A program made the position numbers and the translations under genes. Source: Candidatus Acetothermia bacterium (GTDB taxonomy: Bacteria; Bipolaricaulota; Bipolaricaulia; M55B111). Taken from it: DNA of 21,884 nt. Where the stretch lies: NCBI GenBank assembly GCA_046543235.1, contig JBKGZT010000022.1, forward strand, positions 1 to 21,884, in the 5' to 3' direction. Below are positions 1-8,805 of the stretch, piece by piece (the stretch's first letter is position 1; every line of letters begins with the position of its first letter). The notes below the pieces were generated by a model. The model was not told the DNA's origin, ran no database searches, and was given only the letters and a program-made list of their open reading frames with translations.

Positions 1-42
1 ACTGATTACGAATCAGCCGCTCTACCGCTGAGCTACGCCGGC
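1..42 (-). tRNA. tRNA-Thr(CGT), 5' part only; truncated by the window edge
   Basis: Reverse complement reads GCCGGCG TAGCTCAGCGGTAGAGC G GCTGA TTCGTAA TCAGT: acceptor 5' strand, D arm, and anticodon arm with anticodon CGT. Confidence 0.93.
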
Positions 43-51
43 ATGTGAGAA

Positions 52-80
52 ATTATATTATTCTAGCTTTGGGCTTTCAA
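52..80 (-). promoter_or_regulatory. sigma70-type promoter for tRNA-Thr
   Basis: Minus strand TTGAAA-N17-TATAAT, ending 9 nt upstream of the tRNA. Confidence 0.8.
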
Positions 81-143
81 CGCGGAGTACCGCTAGTCCA
101 GTCAGGTGTTTTACCCTTTGAGTTGTGTGAATTCCGGAAGCCT

Positions 144-1100
144 TCAACCAATCAAGCTGAAAGCATCCAGGACCAGCTTGTTCAGGTAGTAGATTCCGCT
201 GATCCCCACCGGATAGAGTATAAGGACAGAGATAACTACCGGGAAATAACCCATCGAGGGGCTCGCATTCCGCCTGTAAAGCTCCAGGTAGCTCTCGAGG
301 GGGCGTTCGTATTCCCAGTCCCCCACGAGGTTGAGAAAACTGACGTATTTCGTCTGTATGAGCCCCTCGGGAAGTTCCGTGAACGGCCGGTAAGGCGAAT
401 CCTCCAGCATCTTTTTCCGTAAAAACAGGAAGATTCGTCCGAGCACCAGGACGTACATAATGAGCCAGCCCGTACCGCCCCCCGACCCGGCCAGGTTGAA
501 TAGGCCGTGGGTTAGAATGGCGACCAGGAGGGCCTGGAGGACGAGCTTGCCCCGCCGGCTGGCCTCCTGTGCGAACCGTGCTCGTCCGAGAAAGTAACCG
601 CTGACGGCGTTTATAAGCACGTGACCAGGGAAGGCTCTTTGCCAGGTGATGAACTGAAATGCCCGGGCGGCTTCTCCGTTCCCCTCGATGTAGGGTAGGG
701 TATGGGAGAATATATAGGAGAAGTCCTCGTAGGCCCCGAAGCCGGCCCCGATCATCCCCATGTAGAGCATTCCGTCCAGCCCTTCGGAGAAGTCCTCGAA
801 GTCGAAACCCCGGACTACCAGGAAGAAGATGACGAGCTTGATCGTTTCCTCCGGTATGGCCGCGCCGACGAAGGAGCTGAAAATACGGCCTGAAAATCCG
901 CCGCCATAGCTCGATTCGGGAAAACCAGGTATACCGGCGTGGATAGTGTTTATGAGTATTATTGCAATAACTCCACCGGTGAAGGCAATACCTACCGGGA
1001 TCAACGATTCCCTCTTGTAGCTGTCGGATAGGTAAAGGAGGCCCGCATAGACCAGAGAAATAAACCAGCCGAGATATATCGAGCGAAAAAATAGTGCCAT
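144..1100 (-). CDS. prsW: PrsW-family intramembrane glutamic/metalloprotease
   Basis: Multi-TM protein with PrsW motifs PEETIK (EExxK), GFGAYED (FxxxE), FPGH and THGLFN; GGAGG SD upstream. Confidence 0.8.
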   Translation of the reverse strand: MALFFRSIYLGWFISLVYAGLLYLSDSYKRESLIPVGIAFTGGVIAIILINTIHAGIPGFPESSYGGGFSGRIFSSFVGAAIPEETIKLVIFFLVVRGFDFEDFSEGLDGMLYMGMIGAGFGAYEDFSYIFSHTLPYIEGNGEAARAFQFITWQRAFPGHVLINAVSGYFLGRARFAQEASRRGKLVLQALLVAILTHGLFNLAGSGGGTGWLIMYVLVLGRIFLFLRKKMLEDSPYRPFTELPEGLIQTKYVSFLNLVGDWEYERPLESYLELYRRNASPSMGYFPVVISVLILYPVGISGIYYLNKLVLDAFSLIG

Positions 1101-1187
1101 GGTTGCCTCCGACGAGGAAAGTCTAACGGCCGGAGCACTCTAGAGAAAGTTTCGCGGGCGGCCGGAGTTGAGTTTTTCGGAATCGGG

Positions 1188-2093
1188 TTATAGGTGTGAA
1201 GCTATCCGCCTCTCCTCACCGGAGTGGGCACAGGGGTGGATTGAGGGGTATACGTTCAGCTCCGCCTCCTCTTCCAACTTTTCCTTGATCTCACCGACGA
1301 TTACGTCGGATTTGCTCAGCCTCGTTTCCGGATCCAGCTCGAGGTCGAAGTCCACGTGGACCGCCTTCGGACCGATATATTCCCCTATCATGTCGTGTAC
1401 ACCCAGAGCCTCTTCATGCGACAGGATGATTTCCTTGAGTTTCTGGTAGAATTCATCGTCCGGTGACTCCCCTATCAGCGTACTAATGTTTTCTCGTATC
1501 AGGAGGATGGCGTCGAAAGATATGATCAGCGCTATGACTATCGTGGCAATCGGGTCGCCAATGCTTAATCCGAAGAAATAAATCAAACCGAGTCCGATCA
1601 TGCTGGCGATCAGGGAAAGGGCGTCGTTTACGGTGTCGAAAAGCTCCGTTCTGATACTTACTTCTCGGCCCCGGCCGTACTTGAGGAGGTAGGGCAGGGG
1701 GATCAGGTTTACCAGAAAGGAGCCGATCAGGACGTAGAGTGCCCACTGAAAGCTCCCCGTAAACGCCGTCGGATTGATTAGCTGATTGACGGACTCCTCG
1801 ATCAGTTGGTAGCTGGTGATGGCGATGAATACTATGGCCACGACCAGGGAGGCTACGCTCTGGAGTCGCCGGTGACCGAACGGGTGTTCCTTATCCCCGC
1901 CCTTTTCGCTTATCTTAACGCTTACGAGCGTGACCAGAACTGTCACGATATCCGTTATGTTGTTTAGGGCTTCGCCCAGCAGGAAGAGCAATCCGGTGAC
2001 GGAGAAGGCAATTAACTTCGCTACCGTGATTACTATCCTGGTGGATAGGGTCAGGAGTAAGATGAATGTCTTGTCGGGGGATTCGGATTGCAT
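1188..2093 (-). CDS. Cation diffusion facilitator (CDF) family transporter, possibly Mn2+ exporter
   Basis: About six TM segments, DKEHPFGHRR loop, GDPIATIVIA, and a C-terminal cytoplasmic domain (HVDFDL...SIHP). Metal site A reads NxxxD (NNITD) and DxxxD (DTVND). Confidence 0.9.
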   Translation of the reverse strand: MQSESPDKTFILLLTLSTRIVITVAKLIAFSVTGLLFLLGEALNNITDIVTVLVTLVSVKISEKGGDKEHPFGHRRLQSVASLVVAIVFIAITSYQLIEESVNQLINPTAFTGSFQWALYVLIGSFLVNLIPLPYLLKYGRGREVSIRTELFDTVNDALSLIASMIGLGLIYFFGLSIGDPIATIVIALIISFDAILLIRENISTLIGESPDDEFYQKLKEIILSHEEALGVHDMIGEYIGPKAVHVDFDLELDPETRLSKSDVIVGEIKEKLEEEAELNVYPSIHPCAHSGEERRIASHL

Positions 2094-2167
2094 AACTAGC
2101 TAAAGGTTTCTAGCGACCTCGGAAATTGCTTTGTGGAGTGAACGGGCATCTCGGTTAGACCGGTCTA

Positions 2168-3139
2168 TTATTTGGACAGTTCCTGGGCCAGGTTATACAG
2201 ATTCATATCCAGTTCTTTTTCCTCGGAGAATACCTCCGAGTAGTCGACCGGGACGATGTTTTGACCCTGTAGGCCAAGCATGACACCGCTCTCCCCGGAT
2301 TCCAGTCGCTCCACGGCCTGGGCACCAAGCCTGGAAGAGATGCTCCTGTCGAAGGCGGAGGGGTTGCCGCCGCGCTGCATGTGGCCGAGTACAGTTACTC
2401 GCATCTCGAATCCGATCTGTTCCTTAAGGTGCTCACCTACGTGATGGGCGGCGGAGCCTTCCTGATACACGCCTTCTGCCACGACTACTATCATGTGCTC
2501 CTTTCCCCGTTTGTAACCCTCGTAAATGCCCTCGGCGACTTTGTCGAGGTCGTATTCTACCTCCGGGACGAGTATGACTTCCGCTCCACCGCTAAGCCCT
2601 CCCATTAGAGCTATGTAGCCGGAATTCCGTCCCATTACCTCCACGATGAACGTCCGCTCCAGCGATGAGGCCGTGGTCCTAATCCTGTCGATTGCCTCCA
2701 CCACCGTGTTGAGGGCGGTATCGACACCGATCGTCATATCGGTTCCGTGGATGTCGTTGTCGATTGTGGCGGGAATCCCGATGGTCGGTATTCCCTCCTG
2801 GTTTAGAGCTCGGGCACCCCGGAGTGAACCGTCCCCGCCGACGACGACCAGGGCGTCGATGCCTTCCTGGTTCAGGTTCCGTATGGCCTTGGTCCGTTCT
2901 TTCTTCTTCTTGAACTCGGGGGCACGTTTACTCCGCAGGATCGTCCCCCCTTCCTCGATTATGCCGCTAACGTCCTTGACGCCGAATTCTTCAAAATCGC
3001 TGTTCAAACAACCCTTGTAACCGCTGTTGATCCCAACGGTGGTCAGGCCCATGATCCTTCCCTTTCGTACGACGGCCCTTATAGCGGCGTTCATGCCGGG
3101 TGAGTCGCCACCGCTGGTTAAGACACCTATTTTCTTCAT
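2168..3139 (-). CDS. pfkA: ATP-dependent 6-phosphofructokinase
   Basis: MKKIGVLTSGGDSPGMNAAIR, GGDGS (Gly at the ATP/PPi-discriminating position), TIDND, EVMGR and LGHMQRGG. Start moved to ATG 3139, which overlaps the treT stop (ATGA). Confidence 0.95.
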   Translation of the reverse strand: MKKIGVLTSGGDSPGMNAAIRAVVRKGRIMGLTTVGINSGYKGCLNSDFEEFGVKDVSGIIEEGGTILRSKRAPEFKKKKERTKAIRNLNQEGIDALVVVGGDGSLRGARALNQEGIPTIGIPATIDNDIHGTDMTIGVDTALNTVVEAIDRIRTTASSLERTFIVEVMGRNSGYIALMGGLSGGAEVILVPEVEYDLDKVAEGIYEGYKRGKEHMIVVVAEGVYQEGSAAHHVGEHLKEQIGFEMRVTVLGHMQRGGNPSAFDRSISSRLGAQAVERLESGESGVMLGLQGQNIVPVDYSEVFSEEKELDMNLYNLAQELSK

Positions 3140-4362
3140 ATTCCCCCCACCTTTGTCGATCTCAAAATCGCTTTTATCTGCTGTATCCACTCGAGCATTA
3201 ACCTGGTGATCAGGAAGTTGTTTTTTACGTGTTCTTTCCCGTTTCTGCCGATTTCTTCCTTTAGGTCTTTGTTCTCCAAAATCTCGATGATCCGTTTGGC
3301 GAAGCAGTCGTAATCCTCCGGGTCGCAGAGAAAACCGGTTTCCTCGTCGATAACCTGCAATGGGATTCCTCCGACGTCAGAAGCGACGACCGGTGTCCCC
3401 TTCCAGAGGGCCTCCGTAACGGTTAACCCGAAACCCTCCCTCTTTGACTTCTGAATGACCACGTCGGACAGGGACTGAATTGCGTTGACGAGCAGGTCGT
3501 TGTGTTTGTTGATGATGGTAACGTCCTCGAGGTCTTCCGTATTTTCTCTTAACTCCTGGAATATCTGCTGGCCTTCGGGATCGTCACTGGCCGGGGCGCC
3601 CAACAGGACCAGCTGGACGTCCACCGATTCCTTTACCTTTTTGAATACTTCCACCACTCCGAGCGGGTCCTTCCATTTATCGAAGCGGGAGACCTGACTT
3701 ATTATCGGTTTGTCCAGGGTGACGCCGTGATCCTCGAGGGCCCCCACCCGTTTGGATCGATCCATCTTCCTGTTTTTTACCGTCAGGGGGTCGATCGCTG
3801 GGGCAATCAGGGACTTCTCGTTGGGTAGGTCCGGCTGTGCGAACTTGTCCGCGGAAAACACCGTGTTATCGTAGCGGAGTATGAACTTCTTTATGTAATT
3901 CCAGGCTTCTTCGTTCGGCTCGGAAAGATCTATGTGGCAGCGCCACACCCAGGGCTGCCGTTTCGGGTAAAAGCTGACCAGAGGAAGCGGTTGGGGGTCG
4001 TGAACGATCATCACGTCGTGCTTGATGTGGGTAAAGCGGGAAAATAGCTCGTTGATTCCGGTATAGATTTTCTTTTCGTGGTCCATAACCGTGACGTCTT
4101 CGCCCTGCAGGGCGTTGTGCCACTTCTTGGTTATGGGAAAGAAGTCCGCCGTTCCGTGAATAACCCGCCAGCCGTATTCTATACCGAGGTCGTTCATCAG
4201 CGGGACGGTGCTCCAGAGCATCTCGGCCACCCCGCCTCCGGTAAAAGTGGAGTTTACGTTCAGGATCCTCTTGCCTCTGAGCGGGGTGCTTTCCTTGAAA
4301 AGAACTGAAATTACCTTATCGCCTACTATATCTCGGTAGTCCTCTATCTTCCTTCCGTCCAT
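3136..4362 (-). CDS. treT: Trehalose glycosyltransferring synthase (GT4)
   Basis: VNSTFTGGGVAEML, HDPQP, WRCHID, RFDKWKDP and REGFGLTVTEALWKG are TreT-type motifs; located next to otsAB. Confidence 0.88.
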   Translation of the reverse strand: MDGRKIEDYRDIVGDKVISVLFKESTPLRGKRILNVNSTFTGGGVAEMLWSTVPLMNDLGIEYGWRVIHGTADFFPITKKWHNALQGEDVTVMDHEKKIYTGINELFSRFTHIKHDVMIVHDPQPLPLVSFYPKRQPWVWRCHIDLSEPNEEAWNYIKKFILRYDNTVFSADKFAQPDLPNEKSLIAPAIDPLTVKNRKMDRSKRVGALEDHGVTLDKPIISQVSRFDKWKDPLGVVEVFKKVKESVDVQLVLLGAPASDDPEGQQIFQELRENTEDLEDVTIINKHNDLLVNAIQSLSDVVIQKSKREGFGLTVTEALWKGTPVVASDVGGIPLQVIDEETGFLCDPEDYDCFAKRIIEILENKDLKEEIGRNGKEHVKNNFLITRLMLEWIQQIKAILRSTKVGGI

Positions 4363-4574
4363 TGAATGCTCAAAACCTCCGTTTTTGGGTTTCCGCTAGT
4401 GCATACTACCGTTCGTCAGGATACGGTTGTAGGCTAACCTTCCCGAGGTAACGTGAAGATGGTTACCATTCGAGTTGAAGGTTGAACAGTATATCGCGGT
4501 ATTTCAACGGCTAAACCTTAGGATATTATTACCTTTGGTGCAAAATATTCGGCCACCTGCTGCAACTTGGGAGA

Positions 4575-5384
4575 TCAGGTGAGCCCGTTTAAAGGGACGT
4601 ACAGAGAATTCAAAAAGGTGAGAACGTCCTCGGGATTCTTCAGGCGATACCGGGCGCTGGTTTCCTCGTTTTCCCGCCCGCTTACGAGGATCGGGAAACC
4701 GTCGCTGACCTCGTTCAGGACGGTGAACGCGTCTTCGTCGGTCGTGTCGTCACCAATGTAAATCGTGGGTGGTAAACCGTACCTATCGCGGAGCAGTTTC
4801 ACGGCGTCGCCCTTGTTCCAGTTGGCCGGACGGACTTCCAGCAGTTTGGCGCCTTCGAGGACTTCCAGCAGTGGGATTCGGTGATCTTCCCATAGCTGGT
4901 AGAACTGCTCCTTGATTTCCCGACCCTTACCGCCGTACTGGCGGTAGTGCAGGGCCAAACCGAAACCCTTGTTTTCGATGATTATTCCTTCGAGGTCCCC
5001 AAATTTTTCTTGAACTTCTTCGTTTAAACCAGTTATGGCCTCCCTTATCTCCTCGGCCAATTCGGGTTTCTGGGTAGTGCCGTCCTCGAACCTAATTTTC
5101 AGGCCGTGGTTCCCGGCCAGGGTAGCGTTTTCTACTGGTACGAGCTGAACCAACTCCTCGAAACCCCTGCCGCTGATTACTGCCAGGTGGAGGTCGTCGA
5201 GCCCGGCAAGACGGTTTAATAGCTTTTCCGCCTCTTCCGGTAGCTCCGTAGCACTAGGGATTCCGGTAAAATCAACGAGGGTTCCGTCGAAATCACAGCA
5301 TAGCAGCAGACTTCCCGATGTTTTGGCCAGGTTTAAAAGCTCCTCGCGAAGTTCCGTGTCTTCCGGGTCCAGAAGTTTCGTCAT
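4575..5384 (-). CDS. otsB: Trehalose-6-phosphate phosphatase (HAD IIB)
   Basis: DFDGTL, ISGR, GNHG, LHYR, EVRP..NKG and GDDTTDEDAF. Likely start is ATG 5384, overlapping the otsA stop (ATGA). Confidence 0.92.
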   Translation of the reverse strand: MTKLLDPEDTELREELLNLAKTSGSLLLCCDFDGTLVDFTGIPSATELPEEAEKLLNRLAGLDDLHLAVISGRGFEELVQLVPVENATLAGNHGLKIRFEDGTTQKPELAEEIREAITGLNEEVQEKFGDLEGIIIENKGFGLALHYRQYGGKGREIKEQFYQLWEDHRIPLLEVLEGAKLLEVRPANWNKGDAVKLLRDRYGLPPTIYIGDDTTDEDAFTVLNEVSDGFPILVSGRENEETSARYRLKNPEDVLTFLNSLYVPLNGLT

Positions 5385-6802
5385 TGTTGGCTGTGGAGAC
5401 TCAATTCCCACTCGTCGAGGAACCTGTCGCGCCACCAGTGGACGTCCATCTGTTCCAGTTTCCGGGACATCTTTTCGAACTTCTCCTTTTGGACCTCCTC
5501 CGGGGTGGTTATGGCTTCGTGGAGGGCATCGGCTACGGCTACCGAGTTGTACGGGTTGACCTGGAGGGCTTCCCCCAGCGTTTCCGCGGCGCCAGCGAAC
5601 TCCGAGAGGATCAACATGCCGTGATCTCTGGTTGCCACGTACTCCTTTGCCACCAGGTTCATCCCGTCAATCAGGGGTGTGAGCAAGCCCACGTCGGCCG
5701 CGATGTAGTACGGAATAAGCTGCTCCTGAGGAAGGTGCTGGTAGAAGTAACGAATTGGGACCCAGTCCTCGCCCCGCAATTCGCCGTTTATTTCCGCTAT
5801 ACCCTGTTCTATCTTCTTCCGCATCTTCTGGTATTCCTTGACCTTGGAGCGGCTGGGAGAAATCCTTTCGACGAAGCTCACCTCACCTCTGTACTGAGGA
5901 TACCTGTCGAAGAAAGTATTGATGGCCTCGATTCTCCTGTCGATGCCTTTCGTGTAATCAAGCCTATCCACGCTCAGTACTATCTTCTGGGAGGATAAGT
6001 TCTCCTTGAGTTGCTTCGCCTGCTTCTCCCTTTCCGGGGTACTTTTGAAGAAGTCCGTGTCTATTCCCAGGGGGATGTCCTTTACCCGGGCCTGCTGGGA
6101 ACCCATCCGGGCAATGCTCTCGCTCCGGTTGGCCGCACCCCCCAGCTTGAATACCGAATCGAGGAAGTTGTGGACGAGCCATGAGGTGTGAAAACCGATG
6201 AAGTCGGCCCCGAGCATCCCTTCTACCAGCTCCTGTTTCCACGGAATTATGCCGAAGGTCTCCCAGGGGGGCCAGGGTATGTGCCAGAAGAGACCGATCT
6301 TAGCATCCGGCTTCTCCTCCTTTATTATTTGTGGTACTAAGGCCAGCTGATAGTCCTGGACCCATATTCTGTCTCGGGGTCGGTATTCTTCCAGGACGCT
6401 TTCGGCAAATCGCCTGTTAATCTTTCGGTAGATTTCCCAGTTTTCCCCATCGAGATTTGCTTTATGAGGAAAGGAATGGCAGATGGGCCATAGCGTGGAG
6501 TTGGAAAAGCCGTAGTAGAAACCGTTTATTTCTTTCCTGGAGAGCTCCAATCTCTTTAGAGTATATCCGATTTCGTCGTTTGGTACCGTTACCTTGTCCT
6601 CTTTGTCGGTAACCTCGAAATCCGCCTCTCCCCGACCCCACGCGATCCACAGGTTATCGGAACCCTTCATCATCGGGTCCAAACCGGTGGTAAGTCCGCC
6701 TGCAAGTTTCTCCTGTTCTATGCCATCGTCGGAATGTATATGCTGGTAGGGTTCGCCGTTGGAAACTACTATCAGTCTTTCGTTCGTACCGCCATTTGCC
6801 AC
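5381..6802 (-). CDS. otsA: Trehalose-6-phosphate synthase (GT20)
   Basis: AGGL, FYYGFSNSTLWP, FWHIPWP, VDRLDYTKG, DGMNLVAKEY and LSEFAGAA. GTG start at 6802 follows a GAGGTG SD (alternative start 6811). Confidence 0.9.
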   Translation of the reverse strand: MANGGTNERLIVVSNGEPYQHIHSDDGIEQEKLAGGLTTGLDPMMKGSDNLWIAWGRGEADFEVTDKEDKVTVPNDEIGYTLKRLELSRKEINGFYYGFSNSTLWPICHSFPHKANLDGENWEIYRKINRRFAESVLEEYRPRDRIWVQDYQLALVPQIIKEEKPDAKIGLFWHIPWPPWETFGIIPWKQELVEGMLGADFIGFHTSWLVHNFLDSVFKLGGAANRSESIARMGSQQARVKDIPLGIDTDFFKSTPEREKQAKQLKENLSSQKIVLSVDRLDYTKGIDRRIEAINTFFDRYPQYRGEVSFVERISPSRSKVKEYQKMRKKIEQGIAEINGELRGEDWVPIRYFYQHLPQEQLIPYYIAADVGLLTPLIDGMNLVAKEYVATRDHGMLILSEFAGAAETLGEALQVNPYNSVAVADALHEAITTPEEVQKEKFEKMSRKLEQMDVHWWRDRFLDEWELSLHSQQ

Positions 6803-6887
6803 TGAGATCACCTCGGGATTTTTCCGATAGAACTACAAATCAGGATAGGGTAAGAATCGTGCTTTTGCAAAATGAGACCGGGTTGGG

Positions 6888-7913
6888 CTAACCTTCTTTC
6901 AACTCCTCTCTGAGCCTGGCGGCTGCTTTTTCGGGGCTGACTATGTTGATATAGTCCTCCGTCCCCCGTTCGAAACCCGCCTGGGTGGTGAGTCTCGGCG
7001 TGATCTCCAGGTGCCAGTGGAAGCTTTCCCCTGAACCGAGCCGGTTTTCCATAATTTCCGGGTTGGCAGTGTGGATTACGTAGTTATAGGGAAAGTCCCC
7101 CAGGACGCCGAATAGTCCGCTCAGGGCTTTCTTTATGGTTGTGCCGAGTTCGGATACTTCTGCGTCCGTTATCCCCCCGAAGTCGCGTGAATGTCGCTTG
7201 GGAATGATTCTGGTTTCGTAGGGAAACCGGGAGCCGTAAGGACATATAACTATGAAGAGTTCATTTTCAAAGACCACCCTTTCTCTTTTTTTCTTCTCGC
7301 CATCGATTACGTCACAGTATAAACAGGAGCCCTTTCTCTTGTGGTATTCACTTGCCAGTTCGTATTCCCGGAGGAGCAGGCTGGGGGTGAAGGTAGTGGC
7401 CATTATCTGGCTGTGGCTGTGTTCCAGGGAGGCCCCGGCTCTCTTCCCCTGGTTTTTGAAGAGGCTGACGTAACTGATGTCCGGCTTGCTTCGCAAAACC
7501 TTCAGTCTGTTAAGGTAGGTCCTGATCACCAGTTCGATCTCCCGGGGGGATAGTTCCGCCAGCTTCCTGTCGTGCCTGGGAGTTTCGACCAGCACCTCGT
7601 GAAATCCGTATCCACCCCTGCTCTTGAACAAATCGCCCTCGATAACGGCAGGGCTTCCCTCCGGGTCAAGTGCCGGGAACTTGTTGGGAAATACCCGGAC
7701 CTGCCAGCTCGAGGGTTCGTCCTCGTCCGACCTGATCGCGTCGACTTCCTCCGGGGTCTCGGATTCGTTTCCCGGGCAAAAGGGGCAAGTTTCCACGTAT
7801 TTCTTCCTCTTTTCCGATCCTTCCGGACTGGAGAAGTCGAAAGGTCTATCCCCACGAGCGGGGGCGACGATCGTCCAGGTTCCCTTCGTTATTTCTCTTC
7901 TTACTTCGGCCAT
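6888..7913 (-). CDS. galT: GalT-family (HIT superfamily) hexose-1-phosphate nucleotidyltransferase / ADP-glucose phosphorylase-like enzyme
   Basis: CPFCPGNE zinc site, VFPNKFPAL, HEVLVETPRH and catalytic GASLEHSHSQ (HxHxQ), plus HWHLEI and AGFERGT. Confidence 0.85.
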   Translation of the reverse strand: MAEVRREITKGTWTIVAPARGDRPFDFSSPEGSEKRKKYVETCPFCPGNESETPEEVDAIRSDEDEPSSWQVRVFPNKFPALDPEGSPAVIEGDLFKSRGGYGFHEVLVETPRHDRKLAELSPREIELVIRTYLNRLKVLRSKPDISYVSLFKNQGKRAGASLEHSHSQIMATTFTPSLLLREYELASEYHKRKGSCLYCDVIDGEKKKRERVVFENELFIVICPYGSRFPYETRIIPKRHSRDFGGITDAEVSELGTTIKKALSGLFGVLGDFPYNYVIHTANPEIMENRLGSGESFHWHLEITPRLTTQAGFERGTEDYINIVSPEKAAARLREELKEG

Positions 7914-8168
7914 TATTCCACCTTTTTGTCGTTTTTGACATGAGGTTTTCGGATTATGAGTCCGCGAATCGGCTAACTTTATCTACCGCGGATATAACCG
8001 GGAGATCGTTTGCCGGATTTTTTAAACTTAGGTTAAATTTATCCTCCCGTAGAGGAGAGTTCAACTATTTGGCCCCGAGCTGGAGGGGAAAAGATTGTGG
8101 AACGTTCGTTTATTTGTAAAATAAAGGTGAGCGGAATAGTTCGGAAAATTCTAACTGGAGGAGAAAAT

Positions 8169-8711
8169 ATGATCGATAACGAAGTACTGAAGGCTATCCG
8201 AGAAAGGAGAATGGTTTTTAAGTTCAAGGACAAGCCCGTGGAGGACGAGGAGCTGAATGCCGTGCTTCAGGCGGGTTACTGGTCCGAAAGCTTCGGGGAC
8301 TGTGAACCTTGGCAGTTTCTGGTAGTGGAGGATGAGGAACTCAAACAGGAACTCTACGAGCTGACCAAGCGGGTGACAATCTACACTGCAGGCATCAAGA
8401 ACGCCCCGCTGACGATCGCAATCGCTATTACCGGCTGTGGAACCAGCCACTTCATCGAAGAGGGGGCCGTGGCAGCGCATAACATGGCATTGGCGGCGTA
8501 CAGCCTGGGCCTTGGAGCCTACTGGCTGGACGTATACGATCTCGAGAACAGAAAGGGCTCGGTCGAGGCGGAAGCCAAGAAGTTGCTCGGCCTGCCGGAA
8601 GACATCAGGTTGACCTACCTCCTTCCGCTCGGCAGACCGGACCAGAAGAGGGAGGAAACCCGCGCCAAGCTGGAAGACGTCGTACACTACAACAGGTTCG
8701 ACAACAAGTAG
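8169..8711 (+). CDS. Nitroreductase (FMN-binding) family protein with divergent motifs
   Basis: IRERR..FKDKPV, EPWQFLVV, NMALAAYSLGLG, LGRP and R..LEDVVHYNRF; GGAGG SD before ATG 8169. Confidence 0.85.
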   Translation: MIDNEVLKAIRERRMVFKFKDKPVEDEELNAVLQAGYWSESFGDCEPWQFLVVEDEELKQELYELTKRVTIYTAGIKNAPLTIAIAITGCGTSHFIEEGAVAAHNMALAAYSLGLGAYWLDVYDLENRKGSVEAEAKKLLGLPEDIRLTYLLPLGRPDQKREETRAKLEDVVHYNRFDNK

Positions 8712-8742
8712 CTCCGGAACGCGTTTCCTCGAAATTTATCAG

Positions 8743-8774
8743 GAGCCCCATTAGCGATGCGGCTAATGGGGCTC
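8743..8774. terminator. Intrinsic terminator hairpin between convergent nitroreductase and upp genes
   Basis: Perfect 13-bp stem GAGCCCCATTAGC / GCTAATGGGGCTC with 6-nt loop, followed by GACTTTTCTT on the plus strand. Confidence 0.85.
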
Positions 8775-8805
8775 GACTTTTCTTGACTATCTTCTGGTTC
8801 TCCGG

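Noticed and set aside
2168-3190. PPi-dependent PFK, or the longer 340-aa N-terminus
   Set aside because: GGDGS and PATIDND lack the Asp and Lys determinants of PPi-type enzymes. The extension overlaps treT, and ATG 3139 gives the canonical start.
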